NCBI GenBank assembly: GCA_040218735.1
Contig: JAVJQW010000062.1
Coordinates: forward strand, 160,001-224,000
Length of the DNA stretch: 64,000 nucleotides
Direction of reading: 5' to 3'
Source: Deltaproteobacteria bacterium
GTDB lineage: Bacteria; Myxococcota; Kuafuiibacteriia; Kuafuiibacteriales; Kuafuiibacteriaceae
This document shows, in pieces, positions 19,382 to 27,777 of the stretch (the stretch's first letter is position 1; the number at the start of each line of letters is the position of its first letter). The position numbers and the translations under genes were made by a program. The notes beneath the pieces are model-generated. The model made no database searches, was not told the origin of the DNA, and saw only the letters and a program-made list of their open reading frames with translations.

Positions 19382-20410
19382 ATGAGCGCCGCCGCCCGTG
19401 CCGAGACCCTCTCTGCCCTCCTCGCCTCCACCGTCGTCGGTGTCGTCCGCAGTGAACGCCGCGAGCGCGCCGCGGCGATCGCCCGCGCCCTGGTCGAGGG
19501 CGGGATGCGCGCCGTCGAGGTCACCGCGACCACGCCGGGCGCGTTCGACATCATCGCCGAGCTCGCCCAGGCGTTCCCGCCGCCCGCGACGGTGCTCGGC
19601 GTGGGCACCGTGCGGACGACGCGCGAGGTCGACCGCGCCGAACAGGCCGGCGCGCGGTTCATCGTGTCGCCGCACACCGACCGCGCGCTCATCCAGCACA
19701 CGGTGCAGAAGAACCTGGTGAGCATTCCGGGCGCGATGACCCCCACGGAGATCCTCACCGCCCGGGCCGCCGGCGCCGACATCGTGAAGGTGTTCCCGAT
19801 CGACGCGGTCGGGAAGGCCAACTTCGTGCGCCGCCTACGGGGGCCCCTCCCCGACGTGCCGCTGTGGGTCTCGGGCGACGTCGCGGTCGCGGAGATCGAC
19901 GGCTACCTGGAGGCGGGTGTCTCGCTGATCGGCCTGACCAGCGCGCTGACGGCGGATCTCGTGGAGCCGCTCGAAGACGCCGTGAAGCTGCGTGCGAAGG
20001 CCGCGATGGAGGCCGTCACCCGCGCACGCGCCGGGGCGCCACTCTTGTCGTTCGTGGTGAACGGCAAGCGCGGCTCGGTCGGCCTCAAGGAGCTGCGTCG
20101 GCTCCCCGGCTCCGAGCACACCCCGCTCGAGTCCGCGGTGCAGGGGCGTCGCGGGCACGCGGTGCGGATGCGGGTCTTGCTCGAATCCGCGCTGGTGGAC
20201 CGCTCGGCGACGGTCGAGGTGGTCTCCGCCGACGGCTTTGCGCGCGAGGTCGACGCGCAGACCCTCTACGACGGGGGCTACCTGCACTACGCGACGGACG
20301 GGCACGCCCTGTCGGTCGAGGAGGGGGGCCCGCTGCGCCTGTACATCGTGGGCGGCGACTCCCAGTGTGACAACGTGAAGGGGCTCGCCGAGATTCGCGT
20401 GGTCGAATAG
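19382..20410 (+). CDS. KDPG/KHG aldolase-family domain fused to a molybdopterin-oxidoreductase-like domain
   Basis: VEVT, GVGTV, AGARFIVSP, PGAMTPTE, VKVFP; C-terminal SADGF...DG..L....GGPLRL...NVKGL..I. Confidence 0.8.
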   Translation: MSAAARAETLSALLASTVVGVVRSERRERAAAIARALVEGGMRAVEVTATTPGAFDIIAELAQAFPPPATVLGVGTVRTTREVDRAEQAGARFIVSPHTDRALIQHTVQKNLVSIPGAMTPTEILTARAAGADIVKVFPIDAVGKANFVRRLRGPLPDVPLWVSGDVAVAEIDGYLEAGVSLIGLTSALTADLVEPLEDAVKLRAKAAMEAVTRARAGAPLLSFVVNGKRGSVGLKELRRLPGSEHTPLESAVQGRRGHAVRMRVLLESALVDRSATVEVVSADGFAREVDAQTLYDGGYLHYATDGHALSVEEGGPLRLYIVGGDSQCDNVKGLAEIRVVE

Positions 20411-20422
20411 ACTCCGGCCCCG

Positions 20423-21484
20423 ATGCGGCTCCTCACGCTCGCGCTCGCACTGACGCTCGTCTCCTCCGAAGCCTTCGCGGCGAAGCCCGAGGCGGTCGCC
20501 GCCCTGCAGGAGGGGCGTCGTCTCCTCGAAGCCAAGAAGACCCCGGCGGCGATTCAGGCCTACCTCCGCGCGACCGAGCTCGACCCGAGCTACGGCGAGG
20601 CGTGGACCGAGCTCGGCAACGCGTACTTGATGTCGGGCAACTCGGCCGAGGCGGCGACCGCGTTCACCGGCGCGCTGAAGGTCGACGCCAGTAACTCCAC
20701 CGCGCGCTACAACCTGGCCTACTCGCTCCGCAAGACGAAGCAGTTCGCGGAAGCCGCGCGCCAGTACCGCACCTACCTCGAGACGAACCCGAACGACGCC
20801 GACGCCCACTACGGCCTCGCGGAGAGCTTGCGTGCGTCGGGCGACCCGCTCGGCGCTGCCGACGCCTACGACGCGTACGCGCGCGTGGAGAAGCGCCCCA
20901 AGCAGCAGAAGTGGGTGCAGAAGGCGACGCAGCGCGCCGCCGAGCTCCGCGCCGAAGCGGCGGCGAAGGCGCCGGCCCCCGCGCCCGCGAAGCCCGCGCC
21001 CAAGGCGGCGGTCGCGGACAAACCGGCGAAGCTCGAGATGTCGGTGACGGGCGCGGCGGCGAAGCCGGACGTCATGCCGAGCAAGGAGGCCGCAGTCGCG
21101 GAGGCGCCGGCGCGAGGCGGTCAGCGCACCGACGCGTTCACCGCCGGGCTCGACCACCTGCAGCGCGGCGACTACGTCGCGGCGAAGGAGCGGCTCGCGG
21201 TGGCGCTGCGGGAGCAGCCGGAAGATCCGATCGTGTTGGCCGCGCAGGGCAGCACGTTCCTCGGTCTGCTCGACGGCGTCGGCGCGGAGTCCGCGTACAA
21301 GAAGGCGTTGGTGATGGCGCCGGACGCCGCGGTGCCCGGGATCTACCTCGGCCTCGGTGAGGCGCAGCGCATCCAGGGCAAGCTCGCGGAGGCGGCGGCG
21401 TCCTACCGGCGCGCGTCGGAGCACCAGCGGGCGTCCAACTCGGTGAAGCGCTTCAGCGAGGAGCGGCTCGCTGCGGTCCAGTAG
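20423..21484 (+). CDS. Secreted tetratricopeptide-repeat protein
   Basis: Signal peptide; TPR motifs (AWTELGNAY, ARYNLAYSL, AHYGLAESL); Ala/Pro/Lys linker. Confidence 0.87.
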   Translation: MRLLTLALALTLVSSEAFAAKPEAVAALQEGRRLLEAKKTPAAIQAYLRATELDPSYGEAWTELGNAYLMSGNSAEAATAFTGALKVDASNSTARYNLAYSLRKTKQFAEAARQYRTYLETNPNDADAHYGLAESLRASGDPLGAADAYDAYARVEKRPKQQKWVQKATQRAAELRAEAAAKAPAPAPAKPAPKAAVADKPAKLEMSVTGAAAKPDVMPSKEAAVAEAPARGGQRTDAFTAGLDHLQRGDYVAAKERLAVALREQPEDPIVLAAQGSTFLGLLDGVGAESAYKKALVMAPDAAVPGIYLGLGEAQRIQGKLAEAAASYRRASEHQRASNSVKRFSEERLAAVQ

Positions 21485-22670
21485 CCGCGTCGGTCTCGTC
21501 GTCCTCCTCGCGGGGTGCGACGTCGGGCCGCTGACGGAGATCTACGACGGCGGCGTCGTCGACGTCGTCCGCGACGCGGGGCCGCGCGTCGATCGTGACG
21601 GCGGGCCTCGTCGCGACGGCGGTTCGCTCCGCGACGCGGGGCCGGTGCGTGACGGTGGCGTGCGCGACGCGGGGCGCAACCCGCTCGAGCTGCCGTACAC
21701 GTCCAACTTCGATCCGAACCTCATCCCGCCTTCGTTCGGGAACTTCGACGCCGCGAACGGGCTGATCTGCCGGCTCATCACGGACCCGTCGACACCGCGG
21801 TTCGAGGGGCTGGGCTGTGAGAGCGACGGTGCGCCGAGTGTGTACCGGACGCCGTCGGGTCGTGACGTGGTGTTGGTGCACGTCGACATCCTCGACGTCG
21901 AGGGCACGCTGGAGATCGAGGGCCCCCTCCCAGCGTTGTTCGTGGTGGAGCGGTTCGCGGACCTCGACGGCTTCATCGTCGCCAACGCCTCCGGCGCGAC
22001 GCCGGGGCCCGGCGCCGAGGTCGACGACTGCGGGCCCGCGCGCGACGGCCCGACGACGAGCGGCGGCGGAGGCGGCGGCTTCGGCGGCGCCGGCGCGGCC
22101 GGGGGTCGCTTCGGCTCGGGCGAACCGTTCGGCGCGCCGGGCGAGATCAACGGCGCGGCGAACCTCATCCCACTGCGCGGCGGCTGCGCGGGGGGCAGCG
22201 GTGGCGCGGCCGTCCCGGTCGTGGGTGGCGGCGGCGGCGGCGCGGTGCAGATCAGCGCGTTCGAGCGCATCGTCTTGGACGGGCAGATCTACGTGAACGG
22301 CGGCGGCGGCCTCGGCAACGGCGACGGCGGCGGCAGCGGCGGCGGCAGCGGAGGCGCCGTCCTGCTCGAAGCGTTGCTCGTCGACATCGGTGACACCGGA
22401 CGCATCCTCGCGAGCGGCGGCGGAGGCGGCGCGGGCGGCGTGCCCGACGACGGCGCCGACGGCAACGCGATCGCCACCCCCGCCGCGGGCGGCGGCGGCC
22501 CCACCCCCGGCGGCCGCGGCGGCCTCGGACCGACCCCACCGACCCCGGGCGCCGACGGCGCGGGCGAAGGCGGCGGCGGTGGAGGTGGCGTGGGCCGCGT
22601 GCGGATCAACGCGGATGTGTGCCGGGTCGACGAGGACGCGCGGGTGTTGCCGGCGCCGTCGGGCTGCTGA
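21471..22670 (+). CDS. Gly-rich lipoprotein (probable CTG start)
   Basis: Frame open from 21447; GAGGAG then CTG at 21471; VGLVVLLAGC lipobox; RDGG repeats; GGGGGG..GA-type repeats. Confidence 0.7.
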   Translation: MRSSSRVGLVVLLAGCDVGPLTEIYDGGVVDVVRDAGPRVDRDGGPRRDGGSLRDAGPVRDGGVRDAGRNPLELPYTSNFDPNLIPPSFGNFDAANGLICRLITDPSTPRFEGLGCESDGAPSVYRTPSGRDVVLVHVDILDVEGTLEIEGPLPALFVVERFADLDGFIVANASGATPGPGAEVDDCGPARDGPTTSGGGGGGFGGAGAAGGRFGSGEPFGAPGEINGAANLIPLRGGCAGGSGGAAVPVVGGGGGGAVQISAFERIVLDGQIYVNGGGGLGNGDGGGSGGGSGGAVLLEALLVDIGDTGRILASGGGGGAGGVPDDGADGNAIATPAAGGGGPTPGGRGGLGPTPPTPGADGAGEGGGGGGGVGRVRINADVCRVDEDARVLPAPSGC

Positions 22671-22673
22671 GCC

Positions 22674-22878
22674 GCTGACGAAGTCAGCCGGCCCCTTGAA
22701 CTTGAACTTGCCCTTGACCTTGCCCTCTCGGGGAAAGGGGCGCGGTGATCCTGTTCGCACCTGGGCACTTTGCGTTCCTTGCCCTGGTTCGCTGGGGGTC
22801 GCCAGGAGTGCGAGCCGTGCTCGAGGGCAAGGGAAAGGGCAAGTTCAAGTTCAAGGGGCCGGGGCTGACTGCGTCAGC
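22674..22878. repeat. Palindromic intergenic element, copy 2
   Basis: CCCTTGAACTTGAACTTGCCCTT ... AAGGGCAAGTTCAAGTTCAAGGG; shares internal GCCCTCTCG, TCCTTGCCC, CGCCAGGA and GCCGTGCTCGAGGGCAAGGG with copy 1. Confidence 0.85.
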
Positions 22879-22885
22879 GTCCCGG

Positions 22886-25804
22886 CTAGTGCAGCGAAGT
22901 ATAAAACGCCACCGCGCGCCGCATCACCTCCGCGAGCTGCGCCTTCGTGATCGGCTTCTGCACGTAGAACGTCGCGCGGTTCGCGTAGGCGCGTGCGACG
23001 TCGGTTTCCTCGGCGGAGGCCGAGACGATCGCGACGGGGATCGTGGCGAGGTTGGCGTCCTGGCGCATCTCGCCGAGGAGCTCGTGGCCGTCGCGGTCCG
23101 GGAGGTTGAGATCCAGCAGGATGAGGTCGGGGGCCTTCTTCCCTTCGCGGAGGATCTTCAGCGCCTCCTCGCCCGTCGTCGCGACCGTCAGCGTCGACTT
23201 CATGTCGACCTTGCCCAGCGCGATCTCCGCGAGCTTCGCGTCGGCCGCGCTGTCTTCGACGAGCAGAATGTCGAGCGCCGCGCTCTCGCCGGTGAGCTCC
23301 CGGAGTCGCTCGTGGGCGTCGGCGAGGCGGTTCTGCAGCTCGTCGATCGCGGTCTCCTTGCTGCGGATCGCCGTCGTGTCGACGAACGTGATCACGGACC
23401 CCGCCGTCTCGCCGCGGTGGTTGTAGAACGGAAGGACGCGCAACAGGATGTAGCGACCATCGGCCGCCTGGACCTCCTTAAGCGTGGTGGTCCCGTCGGC
23501 GATCACGCGGCGCGCGGGCTCGATGATGTCCTCGCCCTGAATCGTGTGCGTCAGGTGATCGAGCGGGCGTCCGAGGTCGTGCTCGACGATGTTCACGAGC
23601 CCCTTCGCCGCCGGCGTGAACCGGCGGATCTTCAGCTCGCGATCCGTGAACACCACGCCGACCTCCAGGCTCCGGAGCAGGTTGTCGAAGTCACTCGACA
23701 GCCCGATCAGCTCCGCGATCTTCGACTGGTGCTCCGCGTTGACCGTGTACAGCTCCTCGTTGACGGACTGCAGCTCCTCGTTCGTCGCCTGCAGCTCCTC
23801 GTTGGAAGCCATCAGCTCCTCGTTCGTGGCGACGAGCTCCTCGTTGGCAGACTCGCGCTCCTCGATCGTCGTCTGCAGGTGCTCGCGCGCCTCCTGCAGC
23901 GCCTCCTCGAGATCACGGACGCGCCGGTTCGCGTTTCCGTCCATCGGCTTCGACGCCGGGACGGCGTCGGGGTCGAGCTTCACCGACTCGAACCGAATGA
24001 ACGTCAGCGCCTCTTCGGTGTCGTCCGACGGCGGAATCGAGTGGATGCTCATCCGGACCGCTTCGTTCCGTCCTTCCAGCGCGACCGGATCGTACTCGAC
24101 GGCCTCGCCGGTGCGCGTCGCGCGGTGAATGCCCGCCGCGAGCGCGACCTCGAGCTCCGGCAGCACCAGGCGCTGCGCGTCGAGCGTCGCCGCGCCGGAG
24201 GGGATGCGGAGGTACCGCGATCCCTCTCCGATCGTGTGGAGGATCGCGCGGTCCTGATCCAACAGTAACGCCGCGTGGATCAGCTGCTCGGCCGCGAACC
24301 GGTACCCCCGACGAACCGTCGTGACCTCCCGCGGCTCCGGCGCCGTCTTGGTCTTGCGCGGCGCCGACAGCACGCCCTCGACCGAGCGTCGCAGATAACT
24401 CCGCACGCCCGGAGCGCGCCGGTAGATCGAGTGTTTCTCGGAGTAACGAATGAAGGCCGCGTCGAGCGAGGTCACCGTCTCGGCCGGCCCTAGTACGAGG
24501 AACCCATCACTCCGCATCGCGTAGTGCAACGACGCGAGCGCGTGGGTCTGCACCGAGGGCCGCAGGTAGATCAGGCAGTTTCGACAGCTCACCAGATCCA
24601 TCCGCGTGAACGGCGGGTCGCGCACGAGGTTGTGCCGCGCGAAGATCACCATCTCGCGCAGGTTACGGCGAACGATCACCGCGCCGTCGCGCTCTTCGAA
24701 GAGCCGCGACCGCCGCCCCTCGGGGACGCGCTCGGCGGACTCCTGCGAGTAGATGCCGGCGCTCGCGATCTCCAGCGCGCGCGGGTTGATGTCCGTCGCG
24801 AAGATCTTCACGTCGGGCTGCGACTGGAGCCGCTCCATCCGCTCGCTCAACAGACAGGCGTACGTGTACGCCTCCTCGCCGGTCGAGCACGCCGGCACCC
24901 AGAGGCGAACCGGCCGACCGCGCTCGGCGTCTGCGATCACCTTCGGAACGATCTCGTTCTCGATGAGCTTCCAGACCTCTTCGTCGCGGAAGAAGTCGGT
25001 GACGCCGATCAGCAGGTCGGAGACGAGCGTGCGTCGCTCGGCCTTCGACGCCTCGAGCGTCTTCATGTACTCGGCGAACACGCCCTCCCCCGACGCCGCG
25101 ATACGTCGTTCGAGGCGGCGCATCAGCGTCGACACCTTGTAGTGCGAGAAGTCGACGCCCTCCTTCGTGGCGAGGAGGCGAATCACGTCGTTGGCGCGGA
25201 TGCGATGCCCATCGTCGCGCTCCAGCTCGAGGGCCTCCAGGATGAACGCCGGCATCTCCTCCGGACGGAGGGTGCTGTCCACCGAGCCCGTCGCCAGCGC
25301 GCTGCGCGGCATCCCGCCGAACTCCGCGGTGGCCTCGTCCTGAACGACGACGAGGCCGCCGTTCCGCTTGATCGCGTCGATGCCCACGGTGCCGTCGTTT
25401 CCGGTGCCCGAGAGGATCACGACGGCCGCCTCGGTCCCCTGCGCTTCGGCGAGCGACTCGAAGAACACGTCGATCGGCCGCAGCGCCTCTCGCGCGGGGA
25501 CCTCTTCGAGTCGGAACACGCCGTTCTCGATGCGTACGTTGGTCCGCGGCGGGTTCAGATAGACGTGGTCCGGCCGCAGCGGGACCCCGTCGCTGATCGT
25601 CTGGATCGGCATCGACGTCCGCCGGGCCAGCAGGTCGCCCATCATGCTCTTGAAGTCCGGCGACAGGTGCTGAATCAGGACGAACGCCGCGCCGGTGGAC
25701 GCCGGGACGTTCGCGAAGAACCGCTCGATCGGCGTGAGGCCACCGGCAGACGCACCGACCGCGACGACGGGAAAGGGGAGTGAGGGGACCGTGGTGGGCG
25801 TCAT
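22886..25804 (-). CDS. CheB-CheR fusion with PAS, coiled coil and C-terminal receiver
   Basis: GASAGG/QH/GTGNDG (CheB), CSTGEEAY and FATDI (CheR), NEEL heptads, intact REC (LVEDS, LLDLNLP). Confidence 0.92.
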   Translation of the reverse strand: MTPTTVPSLPFPVVAVGASAGGLTPIERFFANVPASTGAAFVLIQHLSPDFKSMMGDLLARRTSMPIQTISDGVPLRPDHVYLNPPRTNVRIENGVFRLEEVPAREALRPIDVFFESLAEAQGTEAAVVILSGTGNDGTVGIDAIKRNGGLVVVQDEATAEFGGMPRSALATGSVDSTLRPEEMPAFILEALELERDDGHRIRANDVIRLLATKEGVDFSHYKVSTLMRRLERRIAASGEGVFAEYMKTLEASKAERRTLVSDLLIGVTDFFRDEEVWKLIENEIVPKVIADAERGRPVRLWVPACSTGEEAYTYACLLSERMERLQSQPDVKIFATDINPRALEIASAGIYSQESAERVPEGRRSRLFEERDGAVIVRRNLREMVIFARHNLVRDPPFTRMDLVSCRNCLIYLRPSVQTHALASLHYAMRSDGFLVLGPAETVTSLDAAFIRYSEKHSIYRRAPGVRSYLRRSVEGVLSAPRKTKTAPEPREVTTVRRGYRFAAEQLIHAALLLDQDRAILHTIGEGSRYLRIPSGAATLDAQRLVLPELEVALAAGIHRATRTGEAVEYDPVALEGRNEAVRMSIHSIPPSDDTEEALTFIRFESVKLDPDAVPASKPMDGNANRRVRDLEEALQEAREHLQTTIEERESANEELVATNEELMASNEELQATNEELQSVNEELYTVNAEHQSKIAELIGLSSDFDNLLRSLEVGVVFTDRELKIRRFTPAAKGLVNIVEHDLGRPLDHLTHTIQGEDIIEPARRVIADGTTTLKEVQAADGRYILLRVLPFYNHRGETAGSVITFVDTTAIRSKETAIDELQNRLADAHERLRELTGESAALDILLVEDSAADAKLAEIALGKVDMKSTLTVATTGEEALKILREGKKAPDLILLDLNLPDRDGHELLGEMRQDANLATIPVAIVSASAEETDVARAYANRATFYVQKPITKAQLAEVMRRAVAFYTSLH

Positions 25805-27777
25805 GAGTGCGCGCTGCGCCGCGACGCGATCCACGCATCGACGACCGACCTACGGATCGGCTTCGACAGCGAGGGTGCGTTCGTCTGGGCCAAGCGGGTC
25901 GCAACGTCGGGGAGAAGGACACCCGCCGTCAAGAACGTGAGCCGCTCCAGGTCGGACGGGCGCGCGGTTTCGAGGTGGGTGTGGAGCGCCAGTCCGGCGC
26001 CGCCGTCCCCCTCGAGGTCACTCAGTATCAAGTCGAACTGCGGCGCCGTCTCGACCAGCTCGATCGCAGACGCGAGATCACCGACACCCGTGAAGTCGTG
26101 GCCTTCGAGCACACTCGCGAGGCAGCGCAGCGAACCGGCGTCCCCGGAGAAGGCGAGGATGCGGGCCGGGCCCGGGGCGACGTCGTCGCGCGCCGCGGGC
26201 AACGAGAGCGTAAAACATGCGCCGCCGAGGTCACCGGTTTCACAGGTCACGGTGCCGTCGTGGTCGACGACGATGGCGCGGGCCACGGCGAGCCCCAGTC
26301 CGGTGCCCTCCCCCACCGCGCGCGTCGTGAAGAACGGGTCGAAGATCCGCGACCGCAGCTCCGGCGGAACCCCGGGACCACTGTCCTCGACACGCAGCTC
26401 GACGAAGCCGTCCAGCGGACCCGCGTGCACACGAATGACGCCCGCCCCCGTGGTCTGGCCGACGGCCTGCATCGCATTGGCCAGGAGGTTCACGAGCACC
26501 TGCTGCAGCTTGCCCTCGTTCCCGCGGATCTGCGGCGTGTCCTCGTCGATGGAGACTTCGACGCGGACGGAGCGCCCCGCACTTCGGGCGAGGCCCAACG
26601 CGCCCTCCACGAGCCTCGGGACGTCCACCTGAGACCACGCGTCGAGCGGCTGGGCCATCGCGTTGACGGTGCCGAGGATCTTCCGCACGCGAAGGGCCCC
26701 GTCGCTCGCGTCCTGGAGCATCGCTTCGAGATCCGACGCAACCTCGGGGGGCATCGACGACGCCTCGTGCTCCACGAGCTCGCGCATCAGCTCGAGGTTC
26801 GCCACCAGGTACGCGAGTGGGTTGTTGAGCTCGTGGGCGATCGAAGCGGCCATCGTTCCGAGGCTCGCGAGGCGATCGGCCTCGATCAGGCTCGCCTGGC
26901 GGGCCAGGCGCTCGGTGACGTCGCGGAGCATGGTGATCGTCCGGACCCGGCCGTCGAACTGCGCAGCGACGTCGATGATCTCCATGCGCGAGTGCCCCCG
27001 CTCCGGGACCGCCAACTCCAGCACGATCGGTGCCTGGACCTGACGTGTGCGCCGCACGTCCTCCCAGCGCGCGCGCGCGAGCGCGGCGGACGCGGGCGTG
27101 AACCACGCGCCGAGCGCGACCGATGCCCCCTGCGCACCGAACAGCTCCGCTGCCTTGGGGTTGACGTAGACGATCGCGCCGTCGTCGTGCACGACGACCG
27201 CGTCCGGCGAACGCTCGATGATCGCGCGGAAGCTCGCCGCGGACTGAGCGAGATCGTCGACGCGGTTGGCGTCGTCGGTGACGTCGATGAAGACGGCCAC
27301 GCACTGCGGCCCCACCTCGGGATCGAATGCGACACGCCGTACGAAGGTCCGCAGGCGCCGCTCGGTGCCCCGCGCCGGCGTGAAATCGAGGATTCCGTCC
27401 ACGGTCTCGCCGAGCGCAAACGCGTGCTGAAGCAGCGTCACGAAGCGTCGGCGACCGTCCGGATCGAGGTGCGGTAGCAGCGGCAGGCCCTCGACATGCG
27501 CCCGAGATGCCCCGAGGAGCTCGAGGAACAGATCGTTGGCCGACTGAACACGCCCCACACCGTCGAGCACCGCGATCCCGACCGGCGCGTGCCCGAGGAT
27601 CCGTTGTTCGGCGTCGGTGTCGTCACGGCTCGCGAGCTCGTCGTGCCACGCCTGGAGCGCCGCCATCACGCGGTGCTCCGGCTCGGCCAGGAGCTGGATG
27701 AGCCGTCGCCGCGTCCTCTCACTCTCCGATTCGGCGGTCCCGACGAAGTCTCGCGAAGGCCCAGGCGCCTCGGTCAC
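25801..27777 (-). CDS. PAS-PAS hybrid sensor histidine kinase
   Basis: AHELNNPL H-box, NLLANA, DSGPG, FDPFFTT, GTGLGL; degenerate C-terminal REC. Confidence 0.9.
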   Translation of the reverse strand: MTEAPGPSRDFVGTAESESERTRRRLIQLLAEPEHRVMAALQAWHDELASRDDTDAEQRILGHAPVGIAVLDGVGRVQSANDLFLELLGASRAHVEGLPLLPHLDPDGRRRFVTLLQHAFALGETVDGILDFTPARGTERRLRTFVRRVAFDPEVGPQCVAVFIDVTDDANRVDDLAQSAASFRAIIERSPDAVVVHDDGAIVYVNPKAAELFGAQGASVALGAWFTPASAALARARWEDVRRTRQVQAPIVLELAVPERGHSRMEIIDVAAQFDGRVRTITMLRDVTERLARQASLIEADRLASLGTMAASIAHELNNPLAYLVANLELMRELVEHEASSMPPEVASDLEAMLQDASDGALRVRKILGTVNAMAQPLDAWSQVDVPRLVEGALGLARSAGRSVRVEVSIDEDTPQIRGNEGKLQQVLVNLLANAMQAVGQTTGAGVIRVHAGPLDGFVELRVEDSGPGVPPELRSRIFDPFFTTRAVGEGTGLGLAVARAIVVDHDGTVTCETGDLGGACFTLSLPAARDDVAPGPARILAFSGDAGSLRCLASVLEGHDFTGVGDLASAIELVETAPQFDLILSDLEGDGGAGLALHTHLETARPSDLERLTFLTAGVLLPDVATRLAQTNAPSLSKPIRRSVVDAWIASRRSAHS

